Notes: generated from the letters alone by a model not told the origin. A stretch of DNA of 64,000 nt from Paraphysomonas bandaiensis (GCA_965644295.1 CBFFRP010000376.1:182285-246284), one strand, 5' to 3'. Shown: positions 26,961 through 40,259, counted from the first letter of the stretch. A program made the numbers and translations.

Positions 26961-29900
26961 CTACAACTCACTCTTCTTCTCCGCAAGTAACTTCAAGAGT
27001 TCAGTCATTTGCTGGTTCGATCTGTTCAGCTGAGAATATATGACGAACAGAAATATAATTTGAAAGATCATGAAGGAGACTATCAAAGAAAATATAATTA
27101 CTCTGTCGTTGTAACTAGAACTCGATTCCCTAGAGGTCGTAGGGGCACACTTCTGCGTCGAATGTATCGTTGACGAGGAGCGAACTTCGGTCGTACTGAC
27201 GGTCAAATCATGTCCCTCTATTGATCCTCGACGAATAGATGCAGACGCTGAAGAGGAGGTTCTGGATCGAGAAGTGGATTCCAGTGCAGTTTGGCTGTGT
27301 TCTGAAATTGCACCAGATGAGGTCCTACCTTTTATCGACGCAATTGAAAAATCCACCCAGTTCTTCGACAATACCGTTAATTCTTCTTTCACTCCAGTAA
27401 ATATCTGTCCTTTCAGAAGAGTTGACTTCAGGAAATTTACAGACACCCCTACTCTTATAATACTTCGGCCTTTATTTCCTGGTCCAGATATACGTTGGAA
27501 CGTCCAGTACTGCAATACCTCAAACACATCGCACATTGGTATCCCTTCGAATTGGGTCGCGGTTAGAATTGCCCCCGCCTTGACTGATTGTAAAGTCTGT
27601 GTGTCCAAGCAGCCCTTGCCCTGGTTCTCTTTCTCGGCAGGAACAACACATAGATATTGAGATTGTTTGGCAGTTGCATTCTTTGGCCCAAACATTAACA
27701 TTGATGTTCTGGGATGCAAGTAATCTACGGATCTGGTGTATCTGTAGTCCAAACCGGCAGGATCTTGCGCACTAGTAAGTGATGAGTTAAAGTCTGACCA
27801 ATCCGTTGACTTTATATCAAAGTCTCCTTCTGATATCAGGAAGTCACTGCGACAAACCCAGTTAAATGATAATATCATACAACTGATCCCCACCTGAAAT
27901 GACCCTTCCCTTTCCAACAATGGTTCCAAATCATCGATGCCTTCACATCCAATTCACCCTCATACACAATAGATATTCCTGATTTACTCAGCAACGCCAA
28001 AAAATTAGGTATATCGCTGTCATCTTCATCACATTCACTGTCATCATCCTCGGTCAGAAGAACAGATGCTCCTCGATCAAGAACGTTTCCACCTGTCCAG
28101 AGTATGAGAATAATAAGCAAATTAAAACAACAATACCAGCGGTGGATGATTCCACGTCATCCCTTCCTGCTGATTCCCGAGTAGGTGGAGGGGCATAAGG
28201 ACCAGACAGGCGACCATGGTCACTCTCTGTCAGTTCATCAAGGGACTTCTCAATCATAACCAAAGAGGTGATCATACGAAAACATAAGTCCCTATCTAAA
28301 AAAGAACCAAAAAAATACTCCTCCCCATCTATTTCTTTTATCGTCAGTGCATTAGGAAGGAAAAATATTTGCTTTTTCTCAACGTTATCAATGCGCTTCA
28401 AAGATATTAGAACGCGCAGCTCCGGCCAACCCGAGAATGCGACATAATGATTCGTAATAAAGAGACTGTAATATGTGTTACAGTCGATGGACCTGATACA
28501 GTACAAAACAAACTTACCGTCCATGAGTGAGAAGTCCACGCTTCGGGTACAATGCACATGAAAAGTACTCCAGTATTTTCTCAGTGGGTGGTAATTCAAA
28601 TTTCACTAACTCAGGAGCAATTAGATTTTCTGACACAGGAGATATGGTAGTGGGCCTATATGGTATTGCAGAGTTCGGTGTATTACTTGTGTCATTACGC
28701 TTTAATGCTGACACCTTGTCAACAGAAGACTGTGGCGACACATCATCTGTATCATATACAGGGTCGTGAATTGAAGAATGAATTACTGAACTGGGGTTTC
28801 CACGCAAAGTAGCTGCCCTAGGTGGAGTTATTTCGCCTCGCGAGGTAGTCTTAAAGTTTGCTGGCGGTGACAAGAGTGAGTCAGTCGAAGTGTTAATAAC
28901 GGTAACAGGAACTGTGGTTGGAGAATCGTAGATCCGCTTTCCCGCAGATATAGGTGTCACGACATCCGAAATTTCCGAGCTGAAATCCTGAGGCTCGCCC
29001 GGATCTTCCGTTGGCACTACGGATAACGCTTCCGGCAAAGAAGGCAAATCCTGAGGTGACTTTCTTGATAAAAAGGCACTACTCGGTGAATCTGTTCTGA
29101 TATCGACACCTTCAATCGAACTAGCGGGAACTGTTGAATGAGACGTGAGCTCAGTGGGCTCACGCATCACTTCTTCGTCATTCTGCAAAACTAAGCCTTT
29201 GCTGGTGTCTTGACTGATACTTACAGAGCCGTCGGTGGCATCATCGCAGTAATCTACTTGTGCGACTTCAGTACTTCCACCTGGGACATCTTCCACTGTC
29301 AGTGAAGCACAGGTTTTATCGTCCAGTACATCTTTATCGCCCATAGAGAATGAATCGTATTGAGAAATTAAGGGTGGCGGGACCGTACCAATGCTACCTT
29401 CACTGTGACGCCCTCCAATTCGCTCTTGTTCAAAGGAAGCTGCCACACCGGACAGTTTTCGATTTCGTGTAGGTACATCATCATCTTGTGAGGATAAATT
29501 TTCTGCACTTTTCGAACGCCTTGGCTTCACACCACGCAAAAGGCCACGACCGCGTGCATTCACCGCAAGAGCGGCACCATATAGTGAAGGAGAGGTCAAA
29601 ACTGACACATCCTGTCCTCCTAGCTCTTCGTTTACTGTTGATTCTTTTTCGTTACTTCGCTCTAAATCAACTAATTCGTTTTGGATGGGACTGAAGGCCT
29701 CAACAGGTGGAAGCACCATGGGATTCACAACTTTTCTGTCCTCTGAGGCCAAGGCCGCACTGACAATGTGAGAGTGAAACTGCTTCATATCGGTATCTAC
29801 TTCAATTACTTCTGCAACCCCTTTGAGTCTGTCGACTGCCCCCGCTGCCATACTTAGACCCACAGCATTACCATCAAGAAAGAATCTAAATGATGACTTC

Positions 29901-32164
29901 ATCGCTTCCATCTCTTGCGATATGCCTTGCTTCAGTGACACTATAATAATTGATAGTTCATTCACACAGGAGTCAGTAACGATTTGCACGCTCGACCTGG
30001 CAGATTGCAGGCTTTCTATGCACGCTTTTTCTTCCTCCTCGAGGTTAGCTATACGTTGAATGTTACGTTCTGCTGAAGACTCAAGGACACCGGCAGTCAC
30101 CCCAAGCGCAGCACCTACAGCGCCAAAAGCAGTCCCTATACTCTCAAGACCTTGAATAACCCCTGTTTTTTCGCCCCATTCTAATTTGCGTTTATCATTC
30201 TGAGATGTTTGCACATCCAATCCTGCATCATTTAAGTGTCCACGTCCTTCGTCTGGGCCAGCGACAGTGTATTTCTCCAATGCCTCACTGTCAGTTGAAG
30301 CTGTAGCTGCAGCAGCAGCACTAACGGTGTCCCCATCATCCCTATTCGACATTCGTCGTGAAGTACTTCCGCTACTCGCGTGGCTCATTGCAAGTCGACG
30401 ATCGCGCAGCTCCTTGCGTACTCTACTCAGCTTACCGGATGCCCTTGTATGGGCAGCCTTGGCACCGTCCATTTTTTTTGTTACCGATATCAGCTTCTCT
30501 GTAACATCTCGAATTGTGGCTTCCATCCGTCTTTGTGCAGAGTCATTCATCACACCGCACTTATCGAACAGTACCTGTGCGGTTGTGAAGTGTGACTCCG
30601 CCAGTAACTCCGTAGTTTTTACCACACCAGTCCATCCATTTCGCACAAGTGCAGACTCGTAAGAGTGTGCAAAATCAGCGCACTTGGCTTCATTGGGAGC
30701 AAACCCAGATGACATCATCATCATGTTGGACGAGTGATTGGATGCCTGCAGAGATGAAGATGATGTGTATCCGTGCTTCTCGAGTACCTTCACGACCATT
30801 TTACCATAGGCTTTCTCAAGGTCGCCCATATCAGCAAAAGCAGATGTTGCACGTTGTGTAGATCTCTTCAGGCATTCAAGGGCATATTTGAGGCGGTCCA
30901 GAACCAACATATTCGACCGCAAATGACGAGACGACTCTTCCTCGATATCACTCGTACGGTGCTGAGACCAATACTGTCCTGTGCTCTCGGGTGGAGAAGT
31001 AGAGGGCATGTGACGCCCGTCTGATACAGGAGATGAGGAAGGAGAAAAGCTCATCGACTCTGACGTTACTGGCGTTCCAGATGTCGACGGATCGTCACGT
31101 AAGTACAACTTGGCAGCTTCTAGCTCACGTTCAAATGCCTCAACATCACTTTGAATATCAAGTGAATTAACAAGCGTCTGAAGACTATCTAGTATTTGGC
31201 TAACGTGATCATTCATGCCCGATATAGCTTGGCAAAATCGTAGCAAGCCATCTTTGAGAAATTGCAATCTACCCATCTCGATACGGTTAACTTCGCGCAA
31301 TGCATCACCTAGTTGAATATGAAAATTTTCATGTTGCTGCATAAGATTATTCGTAGATTCTGCAAGATTCTTTTCTACGGCGTCAAGTTCGTGAATCAAA
31401 TTTCGACATCGATCATGCTGCTTTCGGAGGGCATCAGTGGGTGCAAATTTGCCTAGAACCTGCAGATAATTCGTACTTAGCTTGAACTGTAATATAAATA
31501 TACAAAGCACCTTCGTTAGAGATCTATTGATAAAGCCTTCTCCAGTTTGGTCATTTATCTTTTCGGCATAATCTCTAATAGCTCCATCTCGCGCAATTAT
31601 GGCCGCTTCTGCATCTTGTACGAGGCGGGCATACTTGGCGTTTTTTTTCTTTATACTTCGGGTACTCTTGGAAATATCATCCAAAAGTGATTGCAACTGA
31701 AAAAGTACTTTTACATCAATAAAAGGAGATAATGCGCGCACCTTCGTCTCTATCTCTTGCACACGACGGCTACTGGAACGGCCATGATCGTAAAGTTCTC
31801 TGGCAATACTTTGGGATATACACAAAGAAAAACCGATGTGTTGCTTCCCTAACCGTTCTGATGTGGTATACAACTGATCCCACGCATTGTTAGTCTCAAC
31901 AGGCCACTGATCTTTACTTTGAGATCGATTGCTGGACCCGCTCTGCATAAACATGTATATCAAATGCAATAATATATCAATGCAGTTACACGCCTTCAGC
32001 ACATTCTTGCCAAATACATCCTCCGCAAATGCCAAATCATCGAAATAGCTGCTGTACATTTCACAGAGTTTTGCTCTTGCTTTGGCCTCTCGAGCGGCGT
32101 ACTTAAAATACACATGAGGAGCCTCGTAAATATTAATACTCTCAGGGCTCATAATGTCTGACAT
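26961..32164 (-). CDS. Tandem F-BAR-like + GRAM + VASt/StART-like + C-terminal TM protein (LAM/Aster/VAD1-like lipid-transfer protein); multi-exon
   Basis: GRAM: FELPPTEKILEYFSCALYPKRGLLTHG|LFITNHYVAFSG...NALTI..DGEEYFFGSFLDRDLCFRMI. VASt: YLHPRTSMLMFGPKNATAKQSQY...GIPMCDVFEVLQYW..STLLKGQI. The C-terminal TM helix is followed by a short coiled coil. Two N-terminal helical units show F-BAR hallmarks. Confidence 0.8.
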
Positions 32165-32706
32165 GAAGGCACAAGAATAGTCACTTATCTAATCGATGTG
32201 CTCAGTGGAGGCAAACATTCATGTATATGAAGAGAGTGTCAGCTCGTGAGCTCAGGCTGTGAAGATACACGGCACGCAGATGATAGCCGGTCTGCTCTGT
32301 CTGTCATACTCCACTGCTCGACTGCAGCAATAGACGAAGCTGCTGTTGGTGTGGGCTGTAGATAGATGGCTGTATTCTGTATTCGGTATTCTTATGACAC
32401 CAGAATAATACCGTCAGTACAGCAGTATAGTGTACTGTATTCCCAAGTATCATACCAATTTGTGTTGATCAGTGCGAGTGCGAGTGCAGTGGAGTCATAT
32501 GGTAGTGTGAGTGTATTGCCATGAGATTGATCATATTATTCCAGCGCTAACTCCGTCACTATTACGTTATTGGGTTTATCAGTGAGGAAAAGAACATTAT
32601 CGTATGGTATCTGCTCTTGTAGCGGAACTGGTCTGTGTTGTTACTTGTATTTGACTGGCTATGAATTGTGCTTAGAGGTGTTCGCATATACATATATATA
32701 TATAGT

Positions 32707-33366
32707 ATGGGGCAGTGTGGAAGTAACCCACAAGTCTGTGTAGCCGATGTTACCGAGCCGATCTCACAGGAACAGAACAGTGGTGACACACTTAAATCAG
32801 CGAAGCACCAAATGAGATTGAATAGACGATGGTTTACCGCATCGCTTTCGTCTTTCAACACAGCAGACATTAAATCACCCCATGATTGTGATAAGAACAC
32901 AGAGCGAGATATCGATATGGACACCGGACATGAGAACGGCAACACACCTGCATCAGTTAGTGACGAACTTTTCAATGTTCCTGATGCCGTGGACAATGTT
33001 TCTATTGTTAACGTGGCTCCTTCTATATCAATGAGTCCGTCGCATGTTTCTTTAGCTATAATGGGGTTTAGGTCCTCTCATAGTGGTTCTGCGAGCTATA
33101 TTTCTTCAAACATATCGACAATCACTCCCTGTTCTGGAATGACCTCACGACAATCTTCCCACAATTTCTCCTTTAAACTAGATAGAATTCCAGATGATTA
33201 TATCCACGAAGATATCGGTGGTTCAACTAAATTCACCACCGAAGAAAACCAATACTTAAGAACAAATGTATTTGGTGGATCATTTAATTCCTTGCCGGTG
33301 ACGCGCACTAGAGTTACTCCTGTTCAAGATAGTGTTGCTTACAATGGAGATAATATCACACTCTAG
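32707..33366 (+). CDS. Hypothetical Ser-rich protein with a possible N-myristoylation/palmitoylation N-terminus (MGQCGS)
   Basis: 219-aa ORF from ATG 32707, in a divergent position relative to the GRAM gene. MGxCxS motif. No domain recognised. Confidence 0.55.
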   Translation: MGQCGSNPQVCVADVTEPISQEQNSGDTLKSAKHQMRLNRRWFTASLSSFNTADIKSPHDCDKNTERDIDMDTGHENGNTPASVSDELFNVPDAVDNVSIVNVAPSISMSPSHVSLAIMGFRSSHSGSASYISSNISTITPCSGMTSRQSSHNFSFKLDRIPDDYIHEDIGGSTKFTTEENQYLRTNVFGGSFNSLPVTRTRVTPVQDSVAYNGDNITL

Positions 33367-34091
33367 TGACAACTCTGCAATTCGACTAAATAAAGGTAAA
33401 TATGTTATATTGTTGTATTTTGAGCATGAATATTGTTAATGCGTTGTGCGGCATAGTATCAGCAAAATTATAACCACAAAAAAATATGGTGTCTACGAAG
33501 TAGGCTGTTACTTATTTGGTGTAACTCTTGTTATTTGTTACTACTTCGAAGTGTACTGTGAAATAAATCATTCATATTTTTTAATTTATAATATTCTTTA
33601 CTGAAAAATAATGTGGACTAGGAACAGCTATTATAGTTGAGTACTATGCGTGTTATTCTAATTTCCATTACATATTTGTCGTACTAGAGTCAGCAATATC
33701 AAATATAAATAATTATTATATTATTATTAATATTTTTATCTGACCGTCATATACTACTCAGTAGGAGGTACGTGTTTAATGTTTAATCAACTCTACTAAT
33801 GCGGGAACTCATATCAATCTACGATGGAAATAAGAAATGAGGGAAGGAAAACTAGCACAATTAATATACACATTTATCACTACGAACTACTTCAACGTAG
33901 TCAATGTTGTATGGTTTCATGTGTTCACGATACGCATTATCTCTGGCATGACGTTTCCAGAATAAGTAATAAGCTCCAGAATAATACTACTTCTGTAATT
34001 AATATCTTAATCAGTTATATCAATTTTTTCTCCCTATCTCCTCCTTCCACTATGACCATACACTAATACAGCTTACATACACTACAATAAA

Positions 34092-35581
34092 CTACAAGTA
34101 CTCTTCCGCATAACCATCGTCTCGCATCATCACACCAGGACCAGCGGCAGCCACGCTTCCAGCATGTTGGGAATTTGACACAGCACGAGATACGATTAGG
34201 GGATGTGTGAGAACGTTGGCATGGAGGTCTCGTAAATTTTCTGTGGCCGCAGCAGACTGACACAGTGCACTCTGAAGCTGACAAATAACGTCAGTGGAAA
34301 CAGCCGTATCAGGCTCCAAAAACTCCACCATTGAGGTCTGTGGGTTAATTCGTGCACGTATCTGACCCTGTCTGTTGAGTCTAAGAACCTCAGCCTCCAC
34401 AGAGTCCTCGGGGATCTCCAGCGCTCTTGCTATTCCTTCAAGGGTAATAGTCGCATAAGTTCGAGAAATATTTATCAGCCTTCGAGAAGTAAGAGCAGAA
34501 ACGACTTGTTTCGCAAGTCCAAAGTTGGAGTCCTTTCGGAGAACTGCGGCACCTTCCTTTACCACATCAGCGAGTCTTTCCTTGTCATTAGCTTCGAAGG
34601 CCTTCGCAATGTTAGTGTATATAGGAGGAGGGATTAAATTATTTTTAATGAACATACTAGATTCACCCCTGACGTAAAACTTGTTAATACTTATCCATAC
34701 CATGCAATTAACCATACCCAGGAATTTTATAGGCTGTGCCGTGCTCAAGAAGCGATACAAGAGTGGCCTTTTTGATAGACTCTACGGCTACAGCACTGAC
34801 GATCTGAGCTGGGGTGCACATGACTTGATCAAAACATTCCAAAGCCTCTCGAAACCGATTGAATGCTATAAAAATAATACCTGAGTAGTAAAAATACCGC
34901 AGGAAATCCACCGAAGACAAGGGGTACTGTTTCGGATTTATTTCTGATATATTATGACTTGTGACGAACGATAGCGCGTAGGAATACATTTTAGAAGAGA
35001 TGCAGACCTGGAAAGCATCGAGGTCATACGCAGAAGATTAAGCACGGCACTTACTTGCAAAACGTCAGCGTGTATAGAGCATAAACACGTTGATGATGGG
35101 GATATAATACTGCATAATCTCTGAAGTGGACGAATTAACATGCCCGAAGATCTATCATTGCATGCCACCCTCGAAACACCGTGACAAAAACTAACCACTA
35201 CAATGGTACATCGCCCACTTAAACATATTCATAGTGTATACAGCACTACTTACATTCCTGGGAGGCGAAAGAGGTGAATTCGTGGTCAATATTTGAGAGC
35301 AGGTGCTGAGAGCGACGAATAAACGTCGGCACAGCACTCTCAGGAACACTTTCCTGTTGAATCAGCAGAAGCAGAAGAGTGACCCCATCTCTATTTTGAT
35401 TGCTGTAATTATTTGCGAGGTCGAGTAAGGGGGTGGATTGGTCGGAGGAGTAACAGGCGCCTCGAATCTCTAGTGCCTTTGTATGTCTCTCAAACACAGA
35501 CCGCAGGGCCTCAAAGGCAACCTTCCGGTTAGAGTGAGGGGCCTGACAACACTGGTTTAGATCATGCTCAAATTCGTTCAT
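34092..35581 (-). CDS. CSN3: COP9 signalosome subunit 3 (PCI domain), multi-exon
   Basis: LCSIHADVLQ, DFLRYFYYSGIIF, PAQIVSAVAVESIKKATLVSLLEHG, KDSNFGLAKQV and GQIRARINPQTSMVEF match CSN3 motifs. Confidence 0.88.
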
Positions 35582-35890
35582 TTAAAAAAATTCGAAAGTA
35601 GAAGTGTTCAGTTAGAGACTCGCTTAACCCTCCTATATATCCTCTGCTGCATCACTTAATAGAAAAGAGGTGAGATACAGCAGTGCATGTACTGCAGCAC
35701 CAGCACCAGAGCATACACATACATGTACGGTATACACAGCACACCAAGCGTAAAACACAGCATTTTGCGCACAAAATCCAGTTTTTTTTTGTCACATTGT
35801 ACTCTCAAAACTCTCCAAAATCACTTAAAGCACTGCCGTACAAGAGCAGTCTGTCCTCTCAGAATTCCGCCTCCTTTCTCTTGATCTAAG

Positions 35891-37075
35891 ATGTCGTCGA
35901 AATCTCTCTTTGCACCCCTTGCAGATGGGTTTCGCATTGCGTACAAAGAGTGGGGCCATGGCGGGCCGAAGAAGGTCCTCGCGTTGCACGGTTGGATGGA
36001 TAATTGCAACACATTCTCTCACCTCGGTCCCTTCCTGGCAGACAATGGCTACCATGTTGTTGCTATAGACCAGTCAAGTCATGGACATTCTTCACATTAT
36101 CCTAAAAACTGTATGACATCTTTCCCGAAATATGTTCTTCATGCGCGTTACATGGCAGACCACCTTGGATGGGATAAGATGATTGTTCTAGGACACAGTA
36201 TGGGTGCCGCAGTGTCATCATTATTCGCTGGAACATTTCCAGAATTTGTGAATAAGCTTGTCTTAATTGAAATGCTTGGACCAGTGACTTTTCCTGAAGC
36301 CGATGCACCTGCACTCATGAGGAAAGCTTTTGATGCTGAAATGAAATTTTTGGCGAAGCCGTCGTCATTGCCGAAAATATACAACTCATTACAGGATGCT
36401 GCTGCCGCTCGTGTTGCAACTGTATCGTCGTACCCAGGCTCTCAGTCCTTGTCAATGGAGGCAGCATTACATCTGGTTCGGAGGTGAGTAGGTGTAGCCT
36501 CCTATAGTATTTCCTCATTTTCTATATATGATAGAGGATGTATGGCGGTGGATTGTGGGGCTGAGCAGGAGTATGACGATCCCAGTGATGAAGATAGGGT
36601 TAGATTTCGTCATGATCCCCGTCTTCTCTTGCCATCATATACTTATACTACTCAAAACCAGGTGAGTGTATTGTAGCATGTTGACCAATTAGCGTCCTAC
36701 TGATAATTCATGTCAACATGCTGTACTGAATATTTTTCAGGCAGTTGCTTTTCTCGATGCTATAACTGCGCCAACGCTGCTGGTAACGGGAGGTATGTTA
36801 TGAAGACGCGATAATGTATGAATTGTAAGTACTGAATGACTTTTTGCTAGAGAATGGCTGGCCTATTCGAAGTCCGAACGATTTTGTCGCTAGAAAGCAA
36901 GCCTTGGAGCAAAAGGTGCGTTTCTGCCACTACCATACTTTACTGTTAATCATACGGTATGTACTATTAGGGAATACTTACACATATTACCACACCAGGA
37001 TCTCATCATCTCCACTTAGATCCAGATACAGCACCAACTGTGGCAGGCATTACACTAAGTTTTTTGGACACATAA
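35891..37075 (+). CDS. Alpha/beta hydrolase (serine hydrolase-like, SERHL type), multi-exon
   Basis: LALHGWMDNCNTF, HGHSSH, nucleophile elbow GHSMG, FRHDPRL and the catalytic-His region PGSHHLHLD. Stop TAA at 37073-37075. Confidence 0.88.
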
Positions 37076-37604
37076 TAAAACGTATGAAAGGGTATTGATA
37101 GGAGTATGAATCACCGTATTGCTTTTAGCAACTATACACTATACACGTAGTTATTTCATTGGATATTTTCGGCATTCTAATCTGCGTCGACGTTGCAATT
37201 CTGTGTGTTACCGGGCGATGGTATAATTGAATTGATACTAGTGTTAAGGGCTAGAACGCTGGTATGGTTCAGAACGAAAACTTTTGATATGCGATTATAT
37301 TTAAATAATGCCTTAAAAGTTGCTTAATATACATACGAAGATTATTACGAAAGTGGCAGTATTACACATTCTCTCTCACAGCAAGAAACAGCATTGGCAA
37401 TGAACAATACTATTCTCAAATATATAATATATCTATAAGCGCAAGAAAACTACATTGTGCTAAGTAGTCTTCACCGTTAGTTGTACGTACTTTATATATA
37501 TTATATTTACCCCAGCCATGGTTGTGTTATGAATTTACAGCTCAGAAAAGAAATGTATCTATTATTATATTAACACAGAATCAACACTTCGAAGTATATC
37601 ACGG

Positions 37605-37727
37605 CAGGGCCAGGTAGCCGTTAACGGTAATGACCATTATAATTGCCGGGACAGTTTTGATTAATGTCTTTATAATTTCCGGGAACTGGTCTACCATTAA
37701 TGGGTTATTAATGGTTCCCAGGCCCTG
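37605..37727. mobile_element. hAT-type MITE (123 bp)
   Basis: Imperfect ~20-bp TIRs cagggccaggtagccgttaa / ttaatggttcccaggccctg, flanked by an 8-bp near-duplicate tatcacgg / tatcacag. Confidence 0.75.
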
Positions 37728-37779
37728 TATCACAGTACAATTCCTCTAAGAAGTAAGAAGTTATATACTGCATATAGGC

Positions 37780-39296
37780 TTAGTCTAGACTAGAAACAAG
37801 TCGAGACAACGCAGAATGATACACACTAGCGTGCATTATAATCTTGTCCACAATATTCTTCCACGTGTAATATTTTTTAGCAAATGCGGCACCTTTCTTT
37901 GATGCACTTCGAAGCCAAGACGAACCTGTGTCGAAATCTCGCAGCACGAAAAGCATTTCTTCAACAAGGGAGGTCGCATTGACCTGGAGAAGGCGGCGGT
38001 AAGGCGTATGGTTCATACTATTTACTCTATTAATAATACTGGCGTTCACATATCTCGCGAATGTCCGACGGGTGAAATCGTCAGTTGGTCCGAACCGCGG
38101 AACTATCACAGGGGTTCCACTTGCAATGCTCTCCAATACAGGCAAATTGAATCCTTCAGACTGGTAGGGTGCAATGTAGATATTAGAGCATCGATAGATC
38201 TCACCCATGAAACTGTTCGAATACGAGTCGTCCAGCCTACAGATATGACAGACACATTATTGCGTACCAAACATGATGTATGAAGCGAAGCGTACCATAC
38301 AACACTGTCCTCTCTGAAGGGTCTCTCCGGGTCGCGCATCAGCTTCTGTATGACAGCCATTACATTGTCCTTACCCTGTGGATACAGAGATCCAAGCGTT
38401 TTTATCAACAGCAAGGTGTTTGGATATTGTGTAGTTATATTCACAAATGCATTTATAAGCATATCTATATTTTTATTGGTTGTGCCGGCCCCAATATGAA
38501 GAAAGATGAAAGCATCCTCCGGAATTTGTACTTGCTCGCGCCACTCTAAGCATTCCCTTGTAATACTCTTCTTCTTAATCTTAGCTGGGCGGAAGAACCT
38601 TTCGTCAAAGCCATGAGGAATAACTGCAATTTTGTCCGCTGGTACGTTGCCAATATCAGTGAAAAGAGACGCAGACCAATTGGAAGGAACAAGGAGGGTG
38701 ACATCCTCGAAATCTGACCACGCTGGAGAATTAACAGTTTTCATTATGTCTTTCACCTCATACTCAGCGGTGGCAAGAGTATACACTTTCGTTGAACTCG
38801 ACGGAGGTGGAGATATATCAATGGGGTATCCAAAGCGAAGCAATAGATCAGGGGGGTCGTCGTCGTCAACAGTGGGAGGAATAACAGACATTCTATTAAG
38901 ATCGGACTCAGAAAACATTCCCATAACTTTTTTCCAGTCCGAAGGATGTGGAAGATCCACAAAGCTGAGGTGAGTTTGTCCATCGCGGTCTGCTCTCCTT
39001 AGAAGGGAGTAAGATGAAAAAGGGGATGCAGGACAGAGCGGCTTACCTGATCAACTCAAGCAAAACATATTGGCAAACCAATGAATACGAGTGAGGAAGA
39101 TGTCTCCACCTGCATGCATGAGTTAGCAGCAGGTACTGTTAGTAGATAATGACAAGCTGTGGACGGACCCGCTTAATGCGATATGCAGTCGAGGACTGTC
39201 ATCGCACACTTCTGTAGATGAGCTGGCCTCTGAAGTTACCTCTGCGCTCAAAAGATAAGCTACAGCAAGAAGAGAATACGATAGAAGGCGCATCAT
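37780..39296 (-). CDS. Glycosyltransferase family 4 (GT-B fold) with an N-terminal signal/anchor, multi-exon
   Basis: LLVPSNWSA..IAVIPHGFD, FIFLHIGAGTTNKNIDMLINAF and APYQSEGFNLPVLESIASGTPVIVP (GT4 EX7E motif), plus YTWKNIV. Hydrophobic N-terminus MMRLLSYSLLAVAYLL. Confidence 0.85.
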
Positions 39297-39430
39297 TAAC
39301 CCTCACACTGTTAACTACGCCTCATGCGGGTTACGACTATATTTCACAAACACCACACGGATTTCTAGACTTTAAGCCGGTATTATCAGGGTTTTGGGGC
39401 TTTAGGATCATGGCCTTGGCAAAAATAGAC

Positions 39431-39436
39431 AAAAAA
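39431..39436 (-). terminator. RNA polymerase III oligo-T terminator of the 5S gene
   Basis: A6 on the + strand (T6 on the coding strand) at the 5S 3' end, with a second A5 at 39421-39425. Confidence 0.8.
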
Positions 39437-39554
39437 CGGACAGTACCCGGACTTCGCACGTGGTCACCCACCGTACTACTAACCGGGCCAGATGCAACTT
39501 AACTTCCGCGAGCGGAACGAGAGCGGGTGCGGTTTGCATTGTATGACCGTCCAT
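39436..39554 (-). rRNA. 5S ribosomal RNA (single copy)
   Basis: Reverse complement reads ATGGACGGTCATAC...GAAGTTAAG...GGTTAGTAGTACGGTGGGTGACCACGTGCGAAGTCCGGGTACTGTCCGT, about 119 nt. The terminal helix pairs (AUGGACGGU/ACUGUCCGU). It is followed by a T run, with a TATA-like TATATAG about 25 nt upstream. Confidence 0.95.
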
Positions 39555-39705
39555 ACCTGGCACACCTCGTTCACTATATACTAACCTAACCTATCACACC
39601 CATCTATAGGACGAGCATGTACAGCATGGATGGATAAGCTGTGGAGCTAGAGCGACCCTTCTGAAGTGCTGGGAGAGCAGAGTGGTGAGTAGAGAATAGT
39701 GACCC

Positions 39706-40259
39706 ATGGAAAGAACAAGATTAGAGTGTGAAGATATAATCAGAGCCACTCTAGCTAGCGATAGGTTCAAGAGCGTTGTGTCAAAGCTCTCTGGGTCCAA
39801 TCTAGAGGTATGCTGTCGGGTGTGCTCTCGACAGGGCGTGGAAGGTCATGCAAGAGCCTATTTAGAAATTAACCCGCCAAAGGTTGTGTTATGCTCGAAT
39901 AAAATACAACCAAAAGATGTGGAAGAACTACTTGCACACGAGCTTACTCACGCCCATGATTACATCTTCGGAAAATGTGACTTGGAGACTTGTAAGGGGC
40001 TTGCATACAGCGAAGTCAGAGCTGCACGTGAAGGCGAGTGCAATGGATTCTTTTTACACGATTACTTTAGAAAACAGTGCATTCGAAATCACGCTATACG
40101 GTCTACAGAGGTATAAGAGCTTATTTTTTTATATAATGGGAGTTTAAGCTGATAAATGAATTGTAGAACTTATTTCCATCAGGAGCCGAAAGATGCGTCG
40201 ACGATGTATTCGATGTAGCTATGGCTGACTTGGAGCCATTTAGGAAATCAAGAAGTTAG
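39706..40259 (+). CDS. ATP23: Mitochondrial inner-membrane metalloprotease ATP23 (peptidase M76), 2 exons
   Basis: VVLCSN, HELTHAHD (HExxH), LAYSEVRAAREGEC, C+R..A.RS and CVDDVFDVAMADLEPF. Intron 40111-40166. Confidence 0.9.

Noticed and set aside
39218-39502. 94-aa ORF in the track
   Set aside because: It overlaps the antisense of the 5S rRNA and the GT4 first exon, so it is spurious.
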